Source: Psammoneis japonica | Lineage: Eukaryota | DNA: 64,000 bases | NCBI GenBank assembly: GCA_008632985.1 | Contig: QPGO01000031.1 | Coordinates: 434,001 to 498,000 of the forward strand | Direction: 5' to 3' | Shown: positions 13,048 through 25,000 of the stretch, piece after piece | Position numbering within the stretch: position 1 is the stretch's first letter | How the letters are laid out: each line of letters starts with the position of its first letter | Made by a program: the position numbers and the translations under genes | Notes under the pieces: generated by a model | Told to the model about the DNA's origin: nothing | The model's database searches: none | What the model saw: only the letters and a program-made list of their open reading frames with translations

Positions 13048-13941
13048 TTACAGGCAGGCAGATGCCGGTGAAACTCCGGTCGTGGCGGATTCATTGTCTT
13101 CTTCCACCACAGGGTGCAACACCGCCACCTTGCTGCGCGATTTGAACATAGAAAGATGTTTCATTCTCAATCCCTTCTTTCTCTTGGGTGTTTTCTTGAA
13201 AAGTACCTCACCATCGGATGTCATGGCAGATCCCTCAATATCTAGCTCCACGTCATCAACATCGATTTCTTCATCCTCCTCGATCTTTTCCTCCGTGACC
13301 TTGGGTTTCGTGTCTTGTTCCTCCATGGTTCTATCGCGTCCCAGGGCAAACACAGTGAGTCCAGCCTTCTTCTCTCTAAAATTGCTATTCACCTTAGCAG
13401 CCGTCTTCGCTTTCTTCGCTTGCTTCTCTCCTTCCTCTTCGGTTTCTTCCTTTTTCTCTTCTGTCTTGGCCCGCTTGTTGGTCAAGTCCTTGATGCGGAC
13501 ACCTTGAGGTCGCTCCCACGAAGTTTCGCGAGTCTCCTTGTTGTAGTAATAGACTCGATTGGTGTTGGGGTCCATGTAGGATCTCCAGACGGTCTTGGTC
13601 TTGGGTTTCTTGGTTTCGTTTTTCTCGGCTTCTTGCTCTCGACTGCCCGCATCCTCCTTGCGCGCAACTGGTTGTTCCTCTACTGGCTCACGGTCGGCTA
13701 CATCATCCTTTGTCTCTTCGTTGGTGTCAAATACACAAGAAGACAAAACCACTCGTGTTGAGCTGGCACTGCTACTGCTGGATTTCCCTATCGATTTGAG
13801 GACCGACTTGAGCTTCATTCGATTCGTCTTTGTCGTTTGCACAAGAACAGCTTCAAGTCCTTCGTCTCCGCTGTCGCATTCTTGTGATTTCTCCTCCTCG
13901 ACACGAACGGCAAATGGGGTCTCTTCCTTGCACATGGTCAT
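13048..13941 (-). CDS. WW-domain protein, paralog 2
   Basis: WW motif 'WRSYMDPNTNRVYYYNKETRETSWERP'; intact 297-aa ORF. Confidence 0.8.
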   Translation of the reverse strand: MTMCKEETPFAVRVEEEKSQECDSGDEGLEAVLVQTTKTNRMKLKSVLKSIGKSSSSSASSTRVVLSSCVFDTNEETKDDVADREPVEEQPVARKEDAGSREQEAEKNETKKPKTKTVWRSYMDPNTNRVYYYNKETRETSWERPQGVRIKDLTNKRAKTEEKKEETEEEGEKQAKKAKTAAKVNSNFREKKAGLTVFALGRDRTMEEQDTKPKVTEEKIEEDEEIDVDDVELDIEGSAMTSDGEVLFKKTPKRKKGLRMKHLSMFKSRSKVAVLHPVVEEDNESATTGVSPASACL

Positions 13942-14501
13942 TTTTCTATCGTTTTTGTGGCCTCAATAACAAGAGTGTGTTGCATTCGTGTTGTTGTTCT
14001 TCTGTCTTGTTGCAAATCGTGTTGGCTCATTATTTGGCGCGACACGAGCTGCCCCGATCTTTTAATAACTTATTATTTACGAATATCTGCAATGATATTT
14101 CGATATTAGCGAATTAATAAATCAAATATGAATTTGGCGCGATAAAGGGTATCTTGTTAAAAAGATATATTATTAGGACATTAATACTAAATTGAATTTT
14201 CTAATAATCTTGTCTACACAATTTCTGCTACTGATCCGCGCATGTAGATTTCAACGGAAATTCCCCGTACAATCGACAAGACTGAACATCATAGTGACCT
14301 TACAGTACCTTCAGTAGGGGCCCTACTGAAATGATACCGGTAGCGAACACATGGGCGGGCGGAATCCAGATACCGGTACGGTACACCCACAAGTTCAAGC
14401 GCCAGCGTCGCGGATGACGATGAGGAACGGCGGGTTTTGAGCGTGCGCATTGAACATCCACTAGTACGCCATACAGGAGTTAGAAGACTTTTAGTTCAGC
14501 C

Positions 14502-16009
14502 ATGGCATCGTTTCAGCTATTATCCCGCGTGACTGTACTGTTGCTGCTGGCGGTGACAGCATTTGCTGCAAAAGAACCGAGAACCGGCATTTCGTTTCCA
14601 GATACCTACAAGAAATTTCCCTTGACAAAGCTAGGCGTTCGAACAAAGGGTCCGTTCAAAGTATATGCTGTTGGACAGTTCAAATCAGTATTTATGCTGA
14701 AACTCAACATGGGTGTATCGGCCGAGAAAATGTCCTCTGCTCTAGTTGATGCACTAAAACCACGATGTGAAAAGTTGGGCTGTGGAGAGGGAGATATCAG
14801 CGAGTTTGAATCTGTTCTGCTAGAGGGGCTTCCCAACGGTGCATCAAAAGGAACTACTTTGGTATTCGGTACAGGTGGTGGAAAGTTAACGATAACTGTC
14901 AACGACAAATCAATCGGAAAAGTATCTTCCAAGAAGCTTGCAACCGCGTTTGAAGGTGTATATACGGATAAGAATGCCGTTTGCAAACTAAACTCTGTAG
15001 AAATAACACAAGACGAAGGCGAAGAATCCAGCTTTCTGACGTTTGATGTATGGGCTGCTCTGGGCGTCATTGTTGTAACAAACTTGGTTTTATTGGTATG
15101 GATTGTGAACTCCAAGGTTGCAGTTTGCGAATTAAACATTTATCCCATAAAGTCATGCGCTCAACAAAGCGTATTGACCGCTAAAGTTATGGCTCGTGGA
15201 TTTGAGGGTGATCGCATCATGCAAGTCGTTGACATGAATGGAGAAGCTTGTACGCCACGCGATACCGACAAGGCGCGTCTGTTTCATGTACAACCGACTC
15301 TAAATGAAACGTACCTAACGCTAAATGCACCCCACATGCCATCCCTTGAAATGAACCTTGCTGCAAACAGCACAACAACACGCACGGTTGGGCTGAATGA
15401 GGTGCCGGATAAGAAATTCCAGCTGCAAGACTACGGTAGCATTGCGGCAGAATGGATGCAGCAGGCAACGGGTATTCCAAAGTGTCGAGTCACGGGCATG
15501 CCACCCGACTTTGATCGGCAAGCCCAAGTAAACCCAGCCCAAGGCGACCCCGTTCCGGGTCCTGCGCTCGTGTCCTTGGCGGACGAAGCGCCCTTTTTGC
15601 TAACAAACACGGCTTCTCTACGAGATTTGAACCGTCGATTGAAACAACGCGAAAAGGATCCGGTCGATATGCGTCGGTTTCGTCCCAACATTGTCGTGAA
15701 TGGTCTCAAACCGTGGGAAGAAGACTCTCTAAAGAGAATCAAAATTGGAATTGCGAGTTTCACGTATGGCAACGGTGTGGCCGCTGTAGCATGACTACGA
15801 TTGATCGTGATTCCTTGGTTCGTTCTGGAGAACCCCTGGCGACGCTCAACACCTTTCGGGAGCGTGCCAACGGCATGAGAAACTTTGGAATGCATCTTGT
15901 GCCCGTCATTGATGACGTTGCTGATGCCAATATCTCTGTGGGATCCAAGGTGGAGATTCTAGAATACGATGAAGATCGTCGTGCGGAATGGAAGGAGCTA
16001 TTTGGATAA
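14502..16009 (+). CDS. Chalcone-isomerase-fold + TM + MOSC-domain fusion protein (frameshift at ~15748)
   Basis: Signal peptide, then CHI-like 'KEPRTGISFP...GVRTKGPFKVYAVG', a TM helix, MOSC_N 'ELNIYPIKSC..GFEGDR' and MOSC 'RRFRPNIVV'. 'CGRCSMTTID..EPLATL' continues in another frame. Confidence 0.8.
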
Positions 16010-16605
16010 ACGTGTGAATTTATGTGTACCGTAGCAGGCTGCTTGTCTCAAAGTGCTATTTTCGAAGACCATAATGCCATTTGCGAAACTACAAAAGACG
16101 AGCAGAAGCTGCAATAAGAGAAAAGTAAAGCAGAGTTGCCGCCCGGGAACTGAATTGTCGCAAAACATTGTAACGCATTGGCGTCGTTCCAGCATTTGCA
16201 TCTAGCTATAATTCATCCTGACAAGATATGTTCATTGCTTTAAAGTAGTTACTGGGCGTCAGCAAGAAGACTCTAGCTAGCGAGAGACACTCGACCAGCC
16301 TTCCTGAATCGTGTTGGAATTGTGCCAAGCCAGCTTGCCTCTCTTAAAAACGAGTAGCACATCGGCTGGTCATTGTGTGGGGGAAGAAAATCAAAAGTGG
16401 AATGCAACTTTCTGTCCGATCTTTTTACACTTCTCCGACCATCCTGTGGGACCAGAACCATAAAGTTCCTTCGTGTCTGAATAAATATTTTGAAAAAGAT
16501 TCTTTTGTTGCGGCGATCTTTTGACACTTCTCCGCGAACGGCGATGAACACACGGCGCTTTACGTATTGGTGTCACAAGATTCATTGCGGTTATTGCGAT
16601 AAGCG

Positions 16606-18232
16606 ATGACAGCAGTGTTTCTCACAAGGTCTTTCAGATCCACTTTGGTGCGTGCATCTCGTCATAAGCTTTTCATGTCGTCGTCGACTAATACGGAACA
16701 CCACGATGTGGTGGTTGTAGGTGGAGGAATCGCTGGTCTGTTTGCGGCAAGGAAACTCTTGGCTTCAGGAATCAACGATGTCGTCGTACTCGAATCTCGT
16801 CAGTGGCTCGGAGGCAGAGTATTTACGACTCGCGAGGGTGGTAGTCCCATGGCGGATGAGGATCCACCCCGCTTCAACGACTTTGCCTGGCGAGTGTCGG
16901 AAGACAACAAGATGATGTTGGAACTTGCCAAGGAGCTGGGATTGAAGCTCAAGGAACAAACGACGGTCGACCCTCAGACTGGTTCGGGTGTTGCAATTCC
17001 CAAACTAGAAGAGCGGGAGACTCCAGCAAAACGTGCGCCGTTGTCACTCTATGCGCGCCATGTCCTCGAGTCAGCGAGTCAGGGTGATGCAGTCGATCGT
17101 AATTCGGGTTACGCCGGCCGTATCGCGCAGGTTTCGTTTCCTGGAGATGCTCATGGTGATAGGCATTGGATCGTGGAGAAAGGAATGAACGCATTCGCGA
17201 CCGGCAATGGCCAAGGAGCTTCCCGATGGTATGATCCGGTTGTACACTCGGGCTTCAGATGTGAAGAGGGCTGAGGACGGCACGTACAATGTCGCCATTG
17301 TGGCTCCAGTCAACCCTGACTATTCCTTCAGTGGCGATATCCAAGAAAATCCTACAAAGATGCTCACTTGCAACAACGTGATTCTCGCGGTGCCGCCGTA
17401 TGCAGCCAGGCAGTTCACTGTTGCCAAGGACATGATGCCCGCTCTCTACGCTGTTCACGAACGCCGCCTGGGACACGCCTATGTTCAAATGAAGAAGGGA
17501 ACTCCTAACGTCCCTGACACGTCTGATGGCGAGGACCGCATCTTTCGCTTTCTTCCTGACTCTGCCTTGCAGCAGCTCATTTCTGGTGATTATGGCAAGG
17601 GTGTCTTCCAGGCGGCCTACGCATGCGATCGCTTTGAGCGCGTTTGGCGTGAAATCGCCTTTCACGGCCCAGATCATTTCAAGGCCGAGATCCAACGTCA
17701 GCTCGCCAAGGTACCCGACTTTCGTCCTAAAGGATGGGAGGATGCCATTGAGGAGGCGTACCTTCGCATAGGCTTTGTTCATCGGTGGCAAATTGAAGCC
17801 CACGTCAATGGCAAGACCAAGCAAGATCTGAGCTTGCAGGCCATTACGCCGAATCCAGCTCGTCTTCCTGGATTGTACCTTGTAGGGGAGGCTTTTTCGC
17901 CATTTCAAGGGTGGACTGAGGGAGCATTGTGGACGTCAGATCAGGCTGTTAAGATCCTTGTTGCGTCCAGGGCTGCTTCCACCCCGTATGATGTCGGCGT
18001 CATTTCGCCCAGTGCGATCCCGACCGATGCTTCTCAGATCGACAGCGACAGCATCCTGTATCGTGGACTTGTAGTGGACATTTCTGAGTGGAAAGAGAGA
18101 CACCCGGGGGGTGCGAGGCCGATTGGCTGGATCAGCGGCAAGGATGCATCTGAGATCATCGATCTATACCACATGGGATGGCCGGCAGTTCTCGCAACCC
18201 TATTTGGTATGCAAAAGGGGAGTACTTTGTAG
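16606..18232 (+). CDS. Flavin amine oxidase-family protein with C-terminal cytochrome b5-like domain (frameshift at ~17203)
   Basis: FAD motif 'VVVGGGIAGLFAA..LE..GGRV', C-terminal 'LYLVGEAFSPFQGWTEGAL', and b5 motif 'VVDISEWKERHPGG...GKDAS..H'. Confidence 0.8.
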
Positions 18233-18414
18233 TCGCCCGGTTAGTATTATGAGTGAGGTGCAAACTTGTCAATCAATCTATGTTAATGTGTAAATAGTCT
18301 TAGTGCATTTTTCTTGAGTTGCTGTGTGGTAGACCAAACCTTCGTTTGGCTCCTCGAGTCGTACAGCACTACTTTAAAGCCGTCATGCTTTTGATGCTGC
18401 TTTTCGTTTTGCTT

Positions 18415-20085
18415 TTATTTCTCATCTTTCGAATCATCAATGGGTTCAAGGCCGCTATGGGACGAATTGCCTGAGCTGTTACTTTCTTGTTTTGTTATCT
18501 CAGTATTTTCATCAAGTGGTGCGAAGAATTCAAAAGTACTAGCAATGGCATCGCTTGGCCGCGACGACCGCTGCATTTTGCATTTTTGCTTGGAATAACC
18601 CGTGGAGACACTCGAAATCAAAACCGTATGTGGCGATAAAGAGTCATAGTGTGGCAGCGGCTTGTCAGCTATACTTTTGATCGAGGCATTGGGCTCTGGA
18701 GTTCTTGGCATAATGTGAACGTCATGAAACATATGCATCTCAACTGACTCAATATGAAGGCACGGTCGGAATGCTGCATCGGAATGCCATACAATGTCTT
18801 CAATGCGATACGATTGCAAAGCCTGAAAGGACCCAGACACTTTTGTGCAGCGACAGCGAATACTAGAAGTTGAGAATGCCTGTGCAATGCAACAATCGTA
18901 GTCTTTTGACTTCACTTACTCAGTGGGTCGAGGGCTTCAAACACGCAGATTACTTCCGACACATTGTCCTCGAAATATTTGCGCAAGACCTCCATATCAT
19001 GAATCGGCTCTAGTTCTCGCTTCATTTCTTCACAGTCTTTGTCCATCAATTCCAAATGAGTTCCAATACGCGGATATTCACCTTTTTCCTCTACAATTTT
19101 CTGAAAATTGACATGTTTCATCCAGCGCTCATAGTCTCCGTATGATCACCACACACTGGGCATATCACCTCCTCTCTGCTTGCAGTCGGCGAGTCTGACT
19201 GTCTCAGCACGAGTCCTGATTGCAACACAGGTGGTAGGCTCGTATCATGTGGATGGAGCAGACTGTAAAGGTCGATATGGTGAGAAATTACTGTTGGCCA
19301 ACTGCAAAAGAGCATTGCACCAAGTTCATCATCAGGTTGCAAAATTCTAAGAGGTCTAGGAACGGGACGGTCCTTCAAAACAACATACAACCGAACATGT
19401 GCTTCCACCACAGGGTGCTCTGCGTCAGCGTCGTAGATCCGAACTTGGAACCTCACTTGGTCCGACTCGGGATGATATGATACAACTGCCTTCGACGAAA
19501 AGACGACCTGATTCCCTCGAGCAGCGCATTTGGAAATCCCAGAATACAGAAAAGCAAAAAGAAATGCATTGAACAGCATACTCCAGACCATCTGGAAGTA
19601 GATGACGACCTGCAAAGCTCGGCAGTTCTCAAAAAAGGCATTGGTGCCGCTCGGTTACCCGTATCCTACGGTGGTACAAGTTTCGAGAGAAAAGGCGAAA
19701 GAGGCGCCAAACTGAATGGGATCGCCCGCCGCTCCCAGCCCACACTCTACTTCAGGATCTCCGTGATCGACGGCTTCGTAAACAAGAGCGAAAAATATAA
19801 GCATCAGAGTCCAAACGATGAGAAGACCAAGCATTGATTGATAAATGGGTAAACGCAATAGGACGTGGAACATATCATGGCGAATGAGCTTAAATATCTG
19901 CCAGCCAAGGTTGTGTTTCACAGAGATCCGGTTTTGGGACTGCTTGAAAGGCAGAGTTCGGGGAACTAGTCGTGGCAGATCCGGCATCTCTGTTTCCTCA
20001 AGCGTACCGCATGGTGATCAGGTGGAGGTGGTGCCAGATCCATGAATGCACCAGAGGAATCATGCCTCTTCGTCGGTTCCGTCAT
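18415..20085 (-). pseudogene. Inward-rectifier (Kir-like) potassium channel, disrupted
   Basis: Pore motif 'FAFSLETCTTVGYG' and cytoplasmic 'VVFSSKAVV', 'VVEAHVRL', 'ISHHID..S.L', 'FQALQSY'. In-frame TAA right after GYG (~19655), frameshifts at ~19145 and ~19990, intron ~18841-18917. Confidence 0.75.
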
Positions 20086-21645
20086 CGTGTAATTTTTAGG
20101 ATTGATAGATGATGTCTTGTCACTTTCTGTCTTCCTGGGTTCTCGTTGCAGCGGTTTGCTTCTAAAAATTTCTCGGAGTTTTCTTCCTGGTTTTCCTTCC
20201 TTTCTTTTATTGACTAATTTATAAAATGATTCAGAAATGCTTTTTATTAATGTCCATATGCGTGTGTAACCTCATCGTTTCGCAATGAGAACACACCAAA
20301 ATGGGCACATCCCATCTGCTCAGATGCGGGGAGCTCGCTTTGTCCTCGCTCTGCCGTCAGGCGGCAACAGATGCTGCAATCTTGACAACAACTGAAACAA
20401 GACTTGGTTTGAGGCCTGCCCCTGCGCATCCCAGTGCAACTGCTCGTCCTCCGGAGAGTTCCCAGCTCCATGCTCCCGCCAACTGCCCTCTCAACTGCAG
20501 CCAACGTGCGACTTCTCTCACCCGGGGTTCAAACAAAAAAAGTCAAGATGAAAGCGATTGGCGTGCAGCTGATTGGGCCACCCAAGAGCTGGTGGACACT
20601 TGCTGTGCTCTCGCACGTGTGGACGAATGCAGCCAAAACTTGTGTTCCTCTGCGGAAATCATTTTTTAAGAACAATCAAAACAAACTGTGAAAGTGAGTC
20701 AAGTGCCTGCACAAATGAAATGAAAGCAAGGATGCATGCTGTCAACCCAAGTGGCAGCTGGAGTGAGACCAGCTCAAAGACCTGGGCACACCCAGCTGAG
20801 TCAGCTCATGTGCTGCCAGCTGGAAGCCAGCTGTTGTGTCTGAGGACAGCAACATTCCCAAAGAGAGTGCAATCAGCCAAAGCTTGAAACCCTCAAATCA
20901 GGCAGCTTTAACTTGCAGCCAGTTTTCTTGGATGAAGTCATGAATGAAGTTGCAGCAATGAGCTGGGCTGATGCCACCAAGCTCTTGACCAAGTGCTGCA
21001 AGCTCCTCGCGCCTTTGGAGAGCCAGTGCGCTGACAGCAACCACGGCTTGTGTGCATTTCACCTTTTCATCTCTTGTTCACCAACACACTTCCAGCTGCC
21101 AAGCTCCTCATGCCCAAATGTCTGCAGTCACAAACTTCACAGGAGAGCTGCTTCCCCCACTCTGTGTTGCAACAGCTTGCAGCAAAAAGGTCAGCACTGT
21201 CAATCAAGAGCAAGTTCCTCAGCAAGGTGGTTGTGCCTGTCAACAAGGCACCTTTTCCATCAACCCCAGAGCCCAGCATCGAGGCCCACTTGTGTGCAGT
21301 CAAAGACTCACGTGTGCGAGTGGCGCTGCTTCACTTGCCAGCATCACCAGCATGGCATGTGCGCAGGTGTGCTGACAGCCATTTGTGTGGGAAACAAACC
21401 TGCCAAATGCCCCTCTTGGATGCCCCCCCCCCCCCCCCCCGATTGTGCGCTGCAGCTCCCAGCCACAGCATCCCCATGTGGGGTGAAGCACCAGCCGCAA
21501 GACACTGCAAATCTGCACCCGTTGCGCCGGGTGAGATGCCTCAAATCTTGTCATTGCAAAGTGCCCCACAAATGGTTCCACTGACTGGGTTCATGCTTCT
21601 ATTTTCATTTGCGTCAAACACTCGAGTTGCTCTCTTGGAGACTTG

Positions 21646-21830
21646 TGTCAGTCCACCTGTCGTACGATGGACAGACTGTGTGGATGATGACTGGACCATT
21701 TGGACAGATGAGCAGATCTCTCTGAGATCTGCCTCTCACTTTCTCATCCACTGGTGCTCGTGCTGTCACAGTCCCAGTGCTTGGGGAGTCTTTCATGCCT
21801 CCATCATCATTGACCTTCAGCATTCTGTCA
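21646..21830 (+). repeat. 5' LTR (185 bp)
   Basis: Direct repeat of 28600-28786; starts and ends TGTCA. Confidence 0.95.
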
Positions 21831-22029
21831 GGTTGTGGCCTTGCGCTGTGCCACAGAACTCTGGCAAAGCTTTCCATCTTGATTCATTTGTTTTGTGAGC
21901 CGACCGAGCAAGCCTCGTCATCTGTTCCAACAACAATTTTTTTCTCGTTTTCCCGGCATTTTTCACGATCGTAGAAACACACCAGATTTCTGCGTGTGCA
22001 TGACCAAAAATGCCCTCTCCAAGTGAAAC

Positions 22030-25000
22030 CATGGCATCTCCCGACCTTGCAAAGGCCGCTCAACGTCCATCACAGAGATCCATTGTGAATTTCAAGAACA
22101 TGCAACGACACCTCATTTCCATGCGACCTTGAACAAGACACACACGGATTCAATGTTTGATCTGGACCCGTTCTTTGATGATCCAGAACATGCTCAAGAA
22201 AGATTTTGTTGACACATTTCGAGTTCACCTCATCAACATGGCGTTCCCACCTTGCACGGTTCATCCTGCAGACATGCAGCCTGTCAAGACGATTGTGGAT
22301 GAAGCTGCGTTCCGCATTGTTGACTCTGCCAGGCCTCGTGCAACCCGCATGATGCCCGCATCTCTCTCATCGATCATCAAGACCAATCTCCGGAACCACA
22401 ATCAAATCACATGTGTTGTCATCTCTACACACCACATCAACGTTGACCCCGACATGATGTGGAACTGTGAGGATTGGAAGGAGTTCTCCCTCATGCCCTG
22501 CCTGCAGAACCCACAGCCCACACCATCATCTACGACTGGTTCAGGACCCACAACAGCTGGTGTGAATGACTCAATCACGCCCTCAACAAGTTTGTGTCAA
22601 GCCACGCTCCGCCTTCTGCTGCCTCTGGCAAGACCTCTGGAACCCCTGCAACTTCCACAGCATCCAAACATCTCTTCAATCCCAACACCTGCAAAGAAAG
22701 TGGTGCCGTCACCCTGAAGAGCTCTCTGGTCCCTTGTGACATGGATTCCGCCACTGTGTTGATGCATCAGACCGCATCATTCTCAATGATGGTGCCCCAT
22801 TCATCATGAGCTCAGCCCCCAACCAGAAGATGCCATTCAGAGAACCTCGATCTGCCATGACGATTCTCCCGCTGGGACACGTGCATGGCACCAAAATTTT
22901 CAACGTCACTCCTTTGACTCGGGACACTGTGTGCATCCTTTGTGGTGCTTTCCAAGGACCACGGTGGTGAGAAGGGTTTTGAGATTGGCAATGGCAAAGA
23001 TGATGACTCACCCCAACGAATGTATGTTCATTGTAAAGAAGCACAAAGTTCCCTTCACAAGACACTTTCCAAGTCGGACATGTTCCCCAAGAACAGCAAG
23101 TGTCATCGGATTGTTGCATCATGCTGTGGCAACGGCTGCAAGGCTCTCAAGCAAATTGTCTGTGAGAACCACCCAGCTTTCACCACGAAGCTGCTGGGTT
23201 GGTAGATTCCCACCCTGTTCAAGGAAATCTGTCCTTGACGGACTGTCACTTGCGTTTCAAGGATTTTCTACAGCTGCGCGCTTGTGTCTTTAATGTGGAC
23301 TCTACGTTGGATGACTCTCGAGAGATGACTGTTTTCATCAAGAACACCAAATGCTCCAAGTTCTCACCCCATGCTGCTGGAGATGAAAGGAAGTCCCCTG
23401 CTGTGCTCAAGAAGTGCACGGATGCACAGATTGTTGAGACCCCATCTGACTTCCTTTGTCAGTCGGATGGCCATCTCTTGCAACTCACACGAATCCTCGC
23501 AATCCACACCGCACATGGGATCGACACCCAGGGGACACACATTGCACAACTGCCGATGTCAATTCCTTGACTGTCCCGGATGTCCCTCCCATTGCAGAGG
23601 ACACTGATGAGCCACCTTCACCGATCACTCCCCCGAGGACACCTTTGACTCCCTCTGTGCTGAATTGCATGACCTTGACATGCCTTCTGCAGATGAAGAT
23701 CGTCTTCTTCATCATGTTTGCTCTGCTTTGGCACACAAACTCAAGGTTGCTCCCACAGAGGCCTCCAAGAAACCATGCCTTGTTTGTTCTGAAGAACACT
23801 TGTTCCACGAGTGTCCTGTCTTGAATGACAACCCGCCATCAAGGGCTTCCACACACGTTTTTGTCAATTCTTGAAGTGTGAAGCGGCCATGCGAGCCTCT
23901 GGATTTCAAGGACCACAAGGTTTGTTGCCGCCTCATCAAGGACCATCTGATTCTCGCCCAGTGCTGGTGTCCAGTCTCCGGATTTTCAATCGGGACATCG
24001 CAGCTGGTTTTGGATCTCCGACGCAGCCCATTCTCTGCCCACCAAGACAAGACCAATGTCAGCGGGATGACTGTGAAAGAGGGACCAAACGTCTCGTCAT
24101 CTGCCGCTGTGCTGCCTCTTTCTTTGACGACTGATGTGGACTGCATCCCTGACTCGAAGGTCTCTCCTGACACCATCAAGTTGCCTGATGATGATCCTGT
24201 TTCTCCCTGATGGCACATTGGAGACTGATCCTGTTCTGGACTCTTTAGAACAGGGGAGGGAAGATTTAGAGGAATGTGAATTTGCCAAGTTTGTTGATCT
24301 TGCCTGTGATGACATTGCTGTTGAGGACGGTTTTGCCACAGTGAATTCTGTCCGCGTTTCCCCACTTGTCCCACTGCACGATGATGATTGGATCCACCAG
24401 ATCTGCTCCGCACTGCCTGCGCTGTCAATGGTGTCAAGTTTGCCCCAAATGAGCAATGTGCTCAACTTGACACTGGTGTGCTGATGTTGCTTGTGCTGGA
24501 GATTGTGATCTCCTGCATCAATGCCAGGCATTTGCTCCTTCCGCCCCGTGCCCGCTTGCTGCCAATCCAGCTCTTGGACATGAAGCTGTCCCAGTCGGCT
24601 TTGGATGTCTTCGCATCCCTGCGGAGAACTCCGATGGCCATGTTGAGATTCGTGCATGTCACCACCCCACAGCTCCAATCCACCTTGGTTGATGAGCATT
24701 TGCTGCTCCGTCAGAATGGCGCCCGTCACATGGATTGCAATGTTGATTGCATCCTCAAGTTCCATGATCTTGGCACTTGCAAGTTTGTTGTGCACGGCAT
24801 CATTTGCGCAAGAGTCAGGATGTTGTTGTTCATGGGAAACTGATCAATGGCAAGTGTCACACTCACCCACTCATTCTCCCAGAATCACATGATGAGCCAG
24901 ACGCATCAATCGAGCGCCTCAAGGCAAGTGACCCCTCCTTTGCGGATGAATGTGAAGCAGTCTCAGCCCACATGATTGAAACACATCGTGAACACCAACA

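Noticed and set aside
21423..21440. Poly-C run (and poly-G at ~34557-34574) as G-quadruplex elements
   Set aside because: Simple homopolymers in decayed sequence; lengths unreliable and no supporting context.
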